A DNA stretch of 64,000 nucleotides from Pavona decussata. Lineage: Eukaryota. Location: assembly GCA_977016875.1 (NCBI GenBank), contig CDRNST010000123.1:4092001-4156000 (forward strand). Reading direction: 5' to 3'. Below, piece by piece: positions 1 to 13,418 of this stretch. The notes beneath the pieces are model-generated. The model had not been told where the DNA came from and did no database searches. It saw only the letters and a list, made by a program, of their open reading frames with translations. Both the position numbers and the translations under genes were made by a program. Each line of letters begins with the position of its first letter. The first letter of the stretch is position 1.

Positions 1-276
1 TATGAAAATTTTTGTGGAACAACACATTTGAAAACCACTGAATAACAGTAAACAATGTCTAATTATGATATACCCTGCTATATACAAAGTGATAACAATC
101 TAGTACTTGTTAATTAATGAGGTGAAGTGGTTAATAAGGATGAGCCACATGTGTAGCAAGTAATGTTAAATTCCTACAACACCAAGTAAAAACACTCAGG
201 GCTCAGGATCTCTCAATCTCTTCTGGCAAAGAGTGACCCACACTCTCCTCTTACGCCTACATTTCTATTACAATCT

Positions 277-1168
277 TCATTGGCTGTGCACTTGTCTATA
301 GGCTGGATCCACTCTGCAAAAGGAAGAAAAGAAAAAAATCTTAAAACCCACCACAAATGAAAGAGAAGGGGCACCCAACTTGAGGATGCAGCCAACACTT
401 GCCAAGTCACAAACAACAACAACAACAATCTTTATTTGTGCCCAAAAATTATACAGTGTTAACATAAATGCAAGAAAGAAAAAATTACTAAGGAAGAGAG
501 CATGGCCACTTAGAAATAGCAAGCTAATCGAGATAAGTGGCTGGGCCAAGGGGAAAATTTGCAAATACCCTGCATTTACATAGAACTAAGGACAACTGGA
601 CAATTCAGACAAGTTGTCTTTATTAGAGAGATTTGGAATCACATTTACGTCAAATAGCAAAAGTGAGATTCACGTTTGTGTTTTCTCGTCAGACCAAACA
701 AATTTTGAAGTACAAATTAAATTATCTCCAATAGTAACCTCCCCTGAAAATAAGCTCACGAAAGTCCTTTGAATGGATTTCATATAGTAGAGCTAGGCCA
801 AGTCAATACTTACCTCATGACTTCATCAGGAATGTAGATGTAATCCACTGGAACATGGCTTGACAAACTACTGAGTGAGTGGACAAAGCTAAGTTTCCTC
901 CAAAAGGTATTACTGAAAATCAGAGGAAAAACAGAAAGGTGTCAATGAATGCACTTGATTTGAGTGGCATGGGTTGGGGGTGAGGGGGGTAGAGACCAGG
1001 CTAAGACAGGGTAAAGCAAAACATATAACATAGAAAAAAAACCAGAGTATGTATACATGTTTCATGTACAAAACATATTAAGGACAGTGCCTACTAAATA
1101 AATACAGAAGTATTTTTGTGCGGTTTATGACTCTGCGGGAAAAGCGGATCTTAGCAAGGGCTATTGGA

Positions 1169-1204
<36 letters not shown>

Positions 1205-1443
1205 CAGAGATGACTAAGCAATAACATCTCTAAAAAGTGCCAAAATATAAAGCAATGTATGGGATTTTTTTCCTAAATTGAAGCTTAATTATCCTTGAAA
1301 AATGCATGGTTACCCCCAATTTTCTTATGAGATACCAAAAGCACTTGCTAAGTTCTGCTTTCTCTGTATAGTTTTAAACCGCGCAAAAACATTCCAGTAT
1401 TAGTAGGCACCACCCATAGGAAACCCGAGTATCTCGAGATGCT

Positions 1444-1484
<41 letters not shown>

Positions 1485-4400
1485 GTAAAAGAGAATGCGA
1501 GACAAAAAGACAAATACAGACTGAACCAAGTAGTTCCTCAGGTCTGAAAGACCACTGGGCAGCTGGAGAGTCAAACATTGACTATTTTGACTTTTGTATA
1601 TAATTAAGGAGTGACGTTATAATAGTCACCAACATTTTTCAAAATTAACTTTAACTTAAATTAATGAAATAAGGAAACTTACTTGAGGAATGGCTTTGCC
1701 AGTGTAATCACTGCTTTGAGTCTAAAATTGGGATGTACAATAAACATCTCCTTCATTCTTTTCTTCAGCCTAATAAGAAAAATATATACATGCAAAAACC
1801 TTATACTCAAATTTGCAACTGAAAAATATTTATTTATTGCTACACAATGTAGACTGTCAAATCCCTTTCATGCGTAAGCACCCTTGGGAACTCAACAGAT
1901 TTATTATAATATGACAACAGGTTTCTGCTCTGTTGTAGAGATCTGTAGCTTTCCACTCTTCTTCATGATGGGATCATCATAATAGAACAGGTTTAACAGG
2001 TTTAATTTTGTTTCTTACCCTCCTTCAATATACTGGTAAAACCTCTTCATCCATGTAACAGAAGGCATATTCTGTTGTCTTGTGCCACCATTCAAGTACA
2101 CCAGATAGTAATCCTCATGAATGGCTAGCAGCTCCAGTGTGCTTATAACATAACTGTAATCAACAAATCAACACAACTGTAAACAGGAAGAAAAGTCATT
2201 GCGTGACTCACAAGGGGGGAAAGTGTTGGTCCACAAAATTAGGATTGCTCACACAGAGTTAGAGGGTGGTGGGCACTAGGAGAGTGGGAAGATGGAGGAT
2301 TGTTGTGAACTGCGGTAGTAAGGTAAATACTGTCAGTATTATTTAATTGCTGATGTTGTTGCTTTTACTTTTGTTTTCAAGAATCTCTGTGCAGGAAGAA
2401 CAGTTGGAGATCTTTAAAAACAAAATAGCCTACTGTTCTGGGTCTGTCCTTAATCCCAGAATTTTTTTTAACCATCTAATTAATTTTAATTAATTGCATC
2501 ATATAATATACATCTAGTGATAGGACCTCTATGTAAACCACTCTTGTGATGGAGCATACTATTAAAAGATTGTTATTATTATTATAGTAAGGCCTTCGTC
2601 CCTCATCAACTGATTAATATGGGTGTTCACAGCTTCCGCAGAAGCCTCATTTAAAAGAGGCAAATTGAATTAGAGGTAACTAGTAAGTATGTAAAATTCA
2701 ATTTTCAACAACTTCAAAATGAAACCTTCACTCCTTATGAGAAGAAATACCTAACTGGTTGAAGTGAAATTACAAAATAACAAGAGAACTGCAGATTGAA
2801 TAGGATGAAATTATGAAGAAAAGATTGCCACCACATGACTTTCCAGTACATGTTACCGATCAGCTGAATAAAACAAAAAAAAAAAAAAAAAAGAAAATAG
2901 CACCCAGATAATTTATTCACTTACAAGAAGAGCTGCTCCATCAGGAAATCATAATTTGTTATGCTTCTGTCAGGGAGGTAGCAGGCAGCAAGAACAACAA
3001 TAGTTGCTTTGGTGTCACTAAAATAACCTGGAAATTTGATACAAAACAAAAAATATTGGAAGGAATTTTTTAGATCCTCGCTAGTTACATGGGGTAGAAA
3101 TGGTCAGTAAGCAAGATTCATTTCAAGTAGGATTGTTCTAGAAATAAAGCATATTTATTTAGTGGCTTTTATTGAGAGGTCTATGCATGCATGTACACAG
3201 CCGCAGTACTGGATAAAGAGGGACAGGGTGATTGCTGTACTTTTCAGGAGAGAGCCAAATTTGTGGATTGATAATGCTTGGGGTGCTAAAATCTAAAATG
3301 ACCAAGAGTTATATATGGTACCTTTTAGGGTATTGAGTTGACAAATTGACAGTAGATGTTTGCCACTCAACTAATTTGTATTTTTGTCCTATTTATGACC
3401 CGTTGATTGCTACCTTGTAGGGGGTGAAAAGGAGTTTTAGCCACACCCACAAAACTAGATTCTGGTACCATTTTGGTGTGCCTTCAAAAAAATTTTACGA
3501 TCATGTCTGCCGCCGAGCTGGGAACTCACCTTTCTAATGATAATACTAAAAATGGTGATGTGTACTTTTCTAGTTCCTAAACCTAACGTCATGAATTCCA
3601 ACAAAAAATGTTATTGAATGGTAATGTGTTAACTTTTCTAGTTCCTAAACCTAACATGAATGGTAATGTGCACTTTTCTACTAAGTTTCTCAACCTAACA
3701 TCATGAATTCCAAGAAAAAAACGTCATTGAATGATGTAATGTCAAGTTTGTACCTCCATGAGAGATGACCTTCATGTAAGGCTCCAGAAGCTTCAAATCC
3801 AATACCTTCTCTCTTCCATTTACACTCACGGTGTGCCATCGAAACCTTTCACCATGACCTGCACTCTCTCCTAGTCCATCTTTTATTGCTTTCCCTTGCT
3901 CTTGATCAATTTTTCCTTCTTGTTCTTTTTGATCATCCCTTTCTTCGTCAACTGCGACCTCACTTTCTTCATCTTCCTCATACTCGCCCTCACTGGGTTG
4001 AGCCTCACCACTGTCCTCTTCTGGGAGGAAGCTTCTATCAGAAGTCTGATGCACTGGATTTGTTCTCTTAGGAGCTGAATAGCTCCGAGGCCTTGACTTC
4101 TCAACTACGAATTAACAATAAAAAATAATTACATCAGTTAAGAACATCATTTTTATTAATGAATAATCTTCTCCCAAAAATATACCACTGTTCAAGAACC
4201 AGGAGCCCACCCAATCAACTTACTGCATCCGAAAAATATCACACACACACTATATGATTGTATACTTCCCATCAGAGATTCAGTGTTTATTGATTCTGAA
4301 AGCTAAATTTTACTATATTTTTATATCATTTTATAGTTTAAGGCACAACATTTTGCAAGTTTAAGAAGAATGTCAATAACAACAACAAACTCAACCCACA

Positions 4401-7400
4401 TATAAGGCAGAGTATGGGAATCAAACCCTGGCCACACTGGTGGGAGGTGAGTGCTCTCATAACTGCGCCATCCCTGCTCCCCTGGAAAAAGAGAATCCTA
4501 ACAGTCTGTACTCATATCACAGATGACGTTCTTACTTCCCACCTTTCCTCCCAGGCTAGCAAAGTGCAAAATCTTTGTATCAGGTGTTTGAAATTAGCCT
4601 ACCTGGCTCATCGATGACACCACACAAATTCTCAATAGACTGTGCCTTTTTTCTCATCCCTTGGATCTCAGTGTCATCATCGTTCTCCTCTGCGATAGCA
4701 AGGAAGACTGGTGCTAGCAATTCTGTCCCAGCAACATCTGCATGCTCGTCAAATGAGAGTTCTCGCAACACTATCTTCTGTTTCTTGCCTAGAATTAAAT
4801 ACAGTTAAATGTAATCTAACATTATTAGTTAACAGCTAAGAGCATCTTATGTCCATACAGTCAGCAGGCGTAGTGTTTGTGCAGAAAATGATTACCCTCG
4901 ATTTGTCAGCACAACATGCTTTCAACATAGCAGGGAATTACCAACCATCTTGTGTTGAGTGTGTTTCAGCCAGCTTGTCGTCCCCTCCCCCTCACCCGGT
5001 GTGGATTTTCCAGCAACGGGGACGCAAAATTTTGATTCTATCCAGGGGCAGACATATGTGAAGTACAGCTGTCACAACATGTTGACAAATGAGTAATGTT
5101 AAAAGCAATTTTCAGGAATTGAAGATCTGGATCTTTACATCAAGTCATATATATTGGCAGCCCTAACGGAAACGGTTCTTCACAGATGTGTGAAAATCGA
5201 AATAAATTAAATTACATCAATTTTACAACTTTTACATGTAAGTTTAGCACATCAACAGGATCTTGCGGGGATGTTGGATGAATCAGAATTTTGCACTTAT
5301 ATAGCATACTGAGGAGTAATCATCACACTGGCTCACTTTACCTGTTTTACTTCTTTCACCCTATGGAGTACTGTGTCAACATAACTCTTTAACATATTCT
5401 TTATTGTTCTTGTTACTTTTCTCATTTGTTTTTCTAATTAGTGTCAGATTGAATTCTGTAGCTTTTTTCGTAACTGATGATGGCTGTTGTAACGGCCAAA
5501 AGATGTCTTTTAAATTAAAAAACTGTAGTTGTGTTTGTACGCCTTCAAAATAAATTTTATATTTGTAAATATTAAATTAATTTGAATGAATCGACAAATC
5601 CAACTAGCAATTCTCCCGTTAAATAATTTCCCAATGACACCTACACTATATACAATGTACCATTTGACTTTATGTACGTTTGTTGTGATCATAATAATTT
5701 TTAAATATACATAAGTAAACCTGTGAAACTTTTACACAGAAATTTTATTGGATTCCCCACAGGAAATGAAAGCTTTTTTTTTAATTCGGAGATTAATTTA
5801 TAGAATACAACATAAAGCAAGGAGCTGTTTTGAACTGTTACATTGTAAGCCTATAGAAGAAGCTTACAAACTTAAATTAAGTCATTTCAGCTGCAGATAA
5901 GAAGCATGTTTTGTTGTAAGGTTACATTAAATTATTTTTCACTTTAAAAACAACAGGTCAACTATAGCTACTGGCTTTTGTCAACATAGAATATTCCTGA
6001 AAATATACTTAAAAATCATGGGGTTTTTTTTATACTAAACACTGGTTTAAAGTATGAATAATTTCCCTTTTTAGTCGTGTAGGAATGTCAACAACTTGAA
6101 AAGATACTTGAAATGATCTAGAAATTTACCAACCTGTGTCCAACGAATGCAAATCCTCGAGGAATCCACCACCTTCCCAATCTCCAGCATCAAACTCCAG
6201 TGAAGTCTCCAAAGCACCATTCAAACTACTAGAAAACATCTGCTCATCATATGAAAACCCTTCCGTCTCTCCTCCATAATCATCACCACCGCTCATTGAT
6301 ATCCTGTGTCTATTTGCTTCATTTTCTGAGCCTCTGGTATAAGTACCACTTTCAGATTCCCACAAATCATTATTGGTATCAGAAAACTGTGTCCTGTCTT
6401 TGTGTTGGGACAAACAAACTTTTCCTTCTGTGTTTGATTTGTCATGATCTGAATTGCTATTTTTATCCACTGTCATGTGGTCATTCTTCTCACCATTTTT
6501 GGTTGCTACGGAAGTCGACAAATTTGCCAACGCTGATTTTATAATGTCAGCAGAAAGAAATCCAATGTAATCCTGAATTGTCTCTGACTCTTTAAAGAGT
6601 GGAAGTAGAATCTGAACACTGTTTTGATCCAAAGCAACATTTTGATGCTTTTTGGTTCTGAGTTCTCCATCACTTTCTAATGATTTTGTATCATTGTTCT
6701 CAAATCCAAAACAAGAGTCATGCATTGATTCTGTAATGATACTGTGAACAAATCTATCACAGTTAGATTTCAATGTCTCTAAGCCAAGACTGCTTAGCTT
6801 TTGCGCCACTACAGCCTTGTCTTCAAGCTGCTGTGGCTTTCTTGGCTCATCACAAATTCTCTCAGACCAGTGCCCATCTAAAAGCTGAGAAATTAAATTA
6901 TCAATGAGCTTTTCACAGTATTGTTCTAAGGCCAATATCTCACTTTCATTAAGTGAAAGTCGTCCCTCGCGCAGCCCAGCTCTTACCCCTGGGTTTAAAG
7001 AACAAATCAAAGCCTCTTTGATTGTCATATTAGTTGCCTCTTCACAGATCTCATTCAGTAGCTCTAAGTCAGGAGAATTCTCCTCCACTGAAGAAGTCCT
7101 GATAGAACTTTTAACATCATGTAAATCACTGTTTCCTGTATGCTTAGAGTCTTGACAACTTTCAACAGCAGAAGTCATGTCTTCATAAGTAGATTCACCA
7201 TTATCGCCATTGTAAGAATCATCTCCATTTGCTGATAAATTGCTCTCAGAAAAATCTTGCCTGATCGTAACATCTTTCAAATCAGAATCCTCATGTAATG
7301 ATCCACAGGCAGTCGCATATGTGCCATCTTGGGTAGAATTTTCACCCAAACTTTCATTACATAAGGTACCTTGAAGCACAGAAACTTCCAATGGACTCTC

Positions 7401-7838
7401 CTTGACTGCACTGTAACCATCTGATACCACGATAGTGTTAATGTTTGATAATGCAGAGGTATACAGTGACTGCGATTCTTCCCCAGAATTATACTGTGTG
7501 GAATACTCCCCAGGAGAGCTAAAAGACTGGTCAAATGATGAGCTAAGCTGATCATCATCTGGCACAGTATTTTCAGCTGTAGACTTCAAGACAGGAGACA
7601 AAACAAACTTCTGTTCATCATGATCACCTGCGCAAGTTTTCGTGGGTGTACTGGTTCTCTGGTTTTCTTGCGAGTCGTCTGCAGCTTCATCTATTTCCTG
7701 TAGAAATGATTCATTTTCAGATGCCATAGTGATCCCCACTGATTCATAACTGTTATTACTCGATGAATGAGTCTCTTGTGCCTGTTGATTCAGTGGGACC
7801 ACATCAATGACCCCAGCATAATCCTCTTCACTACTCAT
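277..7838 (-). CDS. BNIP2/Caytaxin/PRUNE2-family BCH (CRAL-TRIO-like) domain protein with long acidic N-terminus, about 900 aa, 8 coding exons
   Basis: Exons 7838-6134, 4788-4603, 4104-3754, 3027-2925, 2153-2019, 1769-1683, 912-814 and 313-277 join in frame with GT-AG sites. The C-terminus reads EPYMKVISHGGYF...VVLAACYLPDRS..NYDFLMEQLFFYVISTLELL..EDYYLVYLNGG..WMKRFYQ..LKKRMKEMFIVHP..YIYIPDEV, the BNIP2-family BCH signature. A probable upstream exon ends at the GTAAGT donor near 10737. Confidence 0.88.
1082..1480. mobile_element. MITE with TTAA TSD (Kolobok-like)
   Basis: TTAA|GGACAGTGCCTACTA ... TAGTAGGCACCGTCC|TTAA, with internal inverted repeats. Confidence 0.75.
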
Positions 7839-7925
7839 ATAAAGGAGTGAAGACTAAAGCCTTTGAAAGAAACAAAGGAAAAAAGTTGCAGTTTAATAAA
7901 TATAATTAACAATTATTCCACGAGC

Positions 7926-7964
<39 letters not shown>

Positions 7965-10900
7965 TGCAGCGCCGAGTTGGCTATAATCATCTCATATCAA
8001 ACAAGCGTGAGTGAAATAATTGTTTTATTAAAAACAATCAAGAATTGTTGCTAGATTTTGCTAATTTCGTTTTGCAAGAACAATTAGACGACAATTAAAT
8101 GTCTCTATTTCTCGGGCATGGTATAATGGCTCATATACCATGGCCGCTAAGCCAATCAAATCGCTCGAATTGCATTATACAATGATCAAGTTTTAATAAG
8201 TATTTTTAACCTAAGTTACCACTATTGCCCTTGCTGCAAGTATGATAAATACAGGTAACCTTTCTCCCAAAATTGTAATAAGAGGATCTATAGCTAAGCC
8301 ACCCTGTTTTGTAAAGAGAGTTGCATGTGACAAGCCACAAGTAAGAATTTCAAACATTTCCTTGCAAACAATGCTGTATGATGCCAAAATTTATATTATT
8401 GTATAAGGAGCAGACCCAAGAAAAACGTGATCCATTAAAGCACTGGTGTGCAAGCTTCTACATGTAAGTGGGAGTGTAAATAATTTACATTATTCAGATT
8501 CTCCAAAATGTTGCTTTCTTTGGTTTGAGTTATTCTGACTGGAAAAACTTAATTTATAGTAATCTCACTCTTCTGATTGGACACTCAAACTTCGGATGCA
8601 TATGTAGTAGTAATTTTGCTCTTTCCCTCCTGGTTTTGTCCTGAATTTTTTTATTTTGTTGTTGTTTTTGTTTTCATTAACTTGAAAGAAGTTGAGTTAC
8701 TTATTGGGGCTGGGGAAACAGTACTTCCATATATACATGTATGCTGCTCCCATACATGTACCATTGTGAAGGGTTTGTTTTTCAAGCAGTGTAGTCTTGG
8801 GTAGGGTAGACATATCCGAGAGTTTTTGTCTGGAATGGGATGTCATTGAAAAAGATTTAGTTTTACAGAGGTCCCCAGGAATATAAATTTAAGACTCAAG
8901 TCTATGATAGGGTAGGAATTTTTTACATCTAGGCTAGAACAGGGTGGCACAATGCCGCTGAATGTAGTGGCACACCCCAAACAACAATCTACTGAGTAAC
9001 CCCAGGAAGGGGAGGGGGAGAGGGAGGAGTGGGCTGGCTATCGACTGGTTTGGTATACTGATACAATATTTTGTAAGCCACTGTGGTCTGGGAATGAATG
9101 TTCATATTTACCTTGCTACTTTGTAGCTCATTGAATGTCAATCTCTATCCACTGCCACTTATGTTGTCAGTCAATAAATTGTTGCTAATTAATGCTCCAG
9201 TAAGCACAAACACTTATTGAGTCTGATATTGCTCAAGAGCCTTGCACATTTCAGTAATGATTGTGTTAAACATTTTGCTTATACTAGTTATAACTTTATA
9301 ACATGATAGGATTATTAAAAAGATAACTTTATTATATCCCATTGAGGATATCTCTAATAAAAAAGTCTCAAAATCATTTACAAGTGGTAAAAACAAAAAA
9401 GGGTAATTATAAAAACTAAGATACACAAGGACAATAAATGCTAATATGCTAAGACAATAACACAATAGATAAGAATTATTAATATGAAAACAGGATATTT
9501 TGCCGCATGGTAACATCGCGATTAGTGGTGTATCAGTGAATAACTGAACCAGTTTAAAGTTGTGTGATTAGTTCAGTCAAACAGGGAGAAGCCTTGCATG
9601 ACGACCCTAATAAGGACCCTAATAAGGACATCGGAGACCAACCACAAAGCCCAAAGCAAATAAAAATTCTGCTATGATTAATTTATTCAAATCCTTTTTG
9701 TTCAAGTAACAAAAGTTGGATTAAATCAGAGACACCAATATTGCATATATTGGTCCTTTAAAAAATAATATATGCTGCATACTCTATCAGCTGAAAAATT
9801 AAATTTATTGGATGACATAATATGTAAGATATAAGATGATGGTATTATATTTTTCCAACAAGCTTTCACTGTTTTGTAGACATTTATTACCACATAGCTC
9901 AAAAGTTATTACAACCTTATTGGATGGACTGTCAGGTTTGCTTAACCTCTTCAAAAGCATCGAAGCAAGCGATATTTTATTGTCAACAATAACATGAAGC
10001 GTGCAAGTAATTTGATACAAGGTTAAGGGCTGAAAATTGAAAACGATAAAATTGAGAAGCAATCTCAATTATTTCCAAAAAATCATATAATATTACAGCA
10101 AGTCATGGCATGGTTACAACACGAAGAAATAAAGTTTACAGAGCAGAGTCAACTGTATGAGCTAAGCTTTCTATTAGTTGATGTTTTTATAGCTAAAATA
10201 TATACCTGGTACGCGCGGTGTTTCACACCTTGAAAACAATACTTCTTGAATGAATGTTTAGAAAGCGCCCGTAGTTTTCTTGAAATGACATTTTCTCCCG
10301 GATTCTTTCAAAATAAACATGAACACTTGTGAATTTTGCCGTTATGTTCTCCAAAAACATCAAATTTAGAGCTCGCCATATAAAGCTAATATTAACACTA
10401 ATATAGGCTCACGTAGATTTGAGCTTAATTCATTTCTTTTATCAAGTGAGCAAGTATTCATCTTTCGAAGCCAAATTCTAGTAAAATGACTGAAGTAATG
10501 CTTAGAGATTGCTACAATAATATCACGAATCAATCACCTTTTATAAAACGAAAAAGAATAAGTCAATTTCCCGATAAAACAAGTTTCTTATTAGCTTAAA
10601 ACTCATTCTCGCAACTCAGACGAGTGATACGACTTTGACGTCGCTCATCGGAAAGCATGCGAGAAAGACAGCTGGAAAAATGAGTACATTTTCAACGACA
10701 GTGTAGAATGTGATATACATACAAAACAAACTTACCATATTTCTTGTTAAAGATAGCAAGTTGGCTGAAGATCAGTATTCATTCCATCCGCCATTTGTGA
10801 GAAAAACAAAAATAATCCCACCGGTCGATTACTGCAGGCGCCTCGTGGATTCTGGGTAATCTAAGGAGCGCTTCTCGTCCCCAGAGCCTCCTGTCCCTCG

Positions 10901-11566
10901 TGAATGGCTTTCCTATCTACGAAGTTCAAAGGAAACTGCTTGTTCACCACTCAATACCGTCAGGGGTATACTCCCTGGCTTGCATTTAGCGCGTGTAGTT
11001 GGTGTAATCGGAGAGGATCGGGGAGGGGGAGGGGTGCAAGAAAATGTGAAAAAAAAGTAACACATGCCCACACACGTATAGTCAGCTAAATTGACAAACA
11101 TGGAAGCCTTTCCTGACCTCTTTAGCGATGTCCAACTATATTGGTCAATTTCTGGAAGATACTGGTCCAGAACAGTGATGGGGCTGGTATGTATATTATA
11201 CAGTCAAGCTTAAAGCACGTGGTATCAACGGATATTATATGTTACTTTTACTGGTCATTATACTATGCACACGAACAGGTGTTCATTTTGTTGTCACGCC
11301 AAGGGTATCAGATGACACGACATGCGTGTCTAGACAGATGCAGTCATAATACCACTAATATGAGTACACTGTATGGAAAGAACCCAATATTTGTTACCAA
11401 AAGCTAAACTGCTGCAAGTTTGTACACGAGTGGCCTTCTGAACGCCCAACAGAACTAACAAGTAAAGCTGTACTTTGCGGCAACTGTTATTGCACGGTAG
11501 GTTTCGCGTTTTGCAGCACACTTTCACTAATACTTCTATCAACTTTAACTGGCTCCCCGATTCAAA

Positions 11567-11737
11567 TACAGTCAACTCTCGCCTTGCGGACACCTCGCTA
11601 TTACGGACACCCCAATAACACGGACAGCACCTAAATCCCTGGCAAAAATATTTTACAGACGATTGACTGAAATAAAATCCCTTTATGACGGACGCTCATT
11701 ATTTAAGGACACCACTAACTGAAGGGAGTTGACTGTA
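11567..11737. mobile_element. Short Tc1/mariner-type MITE (ACGGACAC repeats); relative at 28352-28525
   Basis: TA|CAGTCAACTC ... GAGTTGACTG|TA. Confidence 0.65.
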
Positions 11738-12739
11738 TATCATTCTGTCTGGGAAAAGCAAAGAGACCCAAAGAGAAGCTCAGAGAAGTCACAAAATTTC
11801 CATATCAGATTTCCATATCAGTTTCCATTCTCAAAATATAGAGCTTTTACTGACAATATATTTAGTTTGGAGTCCTGACGGCATAATATGCATGGTCCTT
11901 TTTGCAACATTTGGTAACGCGAGTAAATTTCCATCATGGTACTGTGAAACAAACATCATGCGGATGCGCACGTACATATCACGGGTGCAGCTGTATTAAG
12001 TGTTGCATATAAACGATGACGCTGTGTGGTTACCTCCTCAGTTACCCTGAGAAGGTTTTACTGTAAGTCTTTTTAAATAAAATATTAAAATCGACATCAG
12101 CACTTGATTCATTCTCGGAGACCCAGGGGAAGTGAGCTAGTCGGGTCGCTTCTCCTGGGTCTTGGAGGACGCACTTGATTGCTCTAATAGGCTTAGCGTG
12201 TCTCTGTCTGAACAAACACGAATACCATGATATTCGGCCTATAATCCAAAAACAAAAATTTATTTGCAGTAGTTAACTGTAGAAGGGACGGGACAGGTCG
12301 TGGAAGTTTATCTTCTCTGTCATTCACCTATTCAGCTCTTGAAGCACGCTATCTGATGGCATAGATCTGTGAAGTCATCGCGCTGAAAGTTTGTTGTCTC
12401 ATACCTAATATAGATCCTTTTTGCAACATTTAGTAACGTGACGAAATTCCCGTTACATGTAACATGAAAGTAATCCACACCGGAGAAATGATCAGTAATG
12501 GAAAGAGCGTATAACAGCTTGGCAAGATTTTTCCAAAACATGTTTTTTTTGTGTGTGTGTCATCCTCGTACCCAGTGCCTAGTTCACCCCCCCCCCCCCT
12601 ACCCGCCACTAACTACCTGAAAGCCCCACCAAGGCCTTCATGTTATGTGCCCTGCCCCATTATACATTCTTCATCTTAATTCCCCATTTTTTCCGGGAGA
12701 AGAAGGGGAGAAGGAATGCGTGACATATGCCCCCCTCGG

Positions 12740-13170
12740 TAAGAGGCGAGAGAGTTAAATCTCTTTTATTATCCCAAAGTTCATCAACGAATCCGAGATT
12801 TTTATCCGGTGGCTCCCAGTAGTCCAAGACTTCATCGGTCCATTGTGCTATCCTAAATTTTGCATTACTTATTCAAGTGTAGTATTTTCGAAAGAGTAGT
12901 GCAGCCATCAACGTACTATTCCGTACCTTTAACCTAAAAAATAAAAATGCGCGAATAACCGCATTGGCGGTTATTAAGAGGCGAGAGAGTTAAATGTCTT
13001 TTAATTATTATCCCAAAGTTCATCAACGAATCTGAGATTTTTATTCCGTGACTTCCAGCAGTCCAAGACTTCATGGTCCGTTGTTCCTCTCCGAAAATGT
13101 GCATTACTAATTCATGACGTGTATTTTCGAAAGAGTACTGCAGACATGAACGTACTATTCCGAATCTTTT
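12740..13170. repeat. Diverged tandem duplication, unit about 200-235 bp
   Basis: AAGAGGCGAGAGAGTTAAAT..ATTATCCCAAAGTTCATCAACGAATC..TATTTTCGAAAGAGTA..AACGTACTATTCCG at about 12741 and 12977. Confidence 0.85.
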
Positions 13171-13418
13171 AGAGAAAACATTAATTTGCATTGCAGTACG
13201 ACTTGTAAGTGGATTCTATCAGTATCGTGATTTGTTAACGAAATTTCCTATCGATTCAAATTTCCATGTTCAAACAGCGTCACGAATGTTTTGTTGCTGC
13301 GTGAAGTGCACGATTTGCTATGCTATGATAGTCAGCAAACGACGAGAATTATTCAGCTGATTATATTACTTCTTCCTTTAATTTCAGTTTAAGTTGGGTT
13401 ACACTAGAAAACCTGTGA

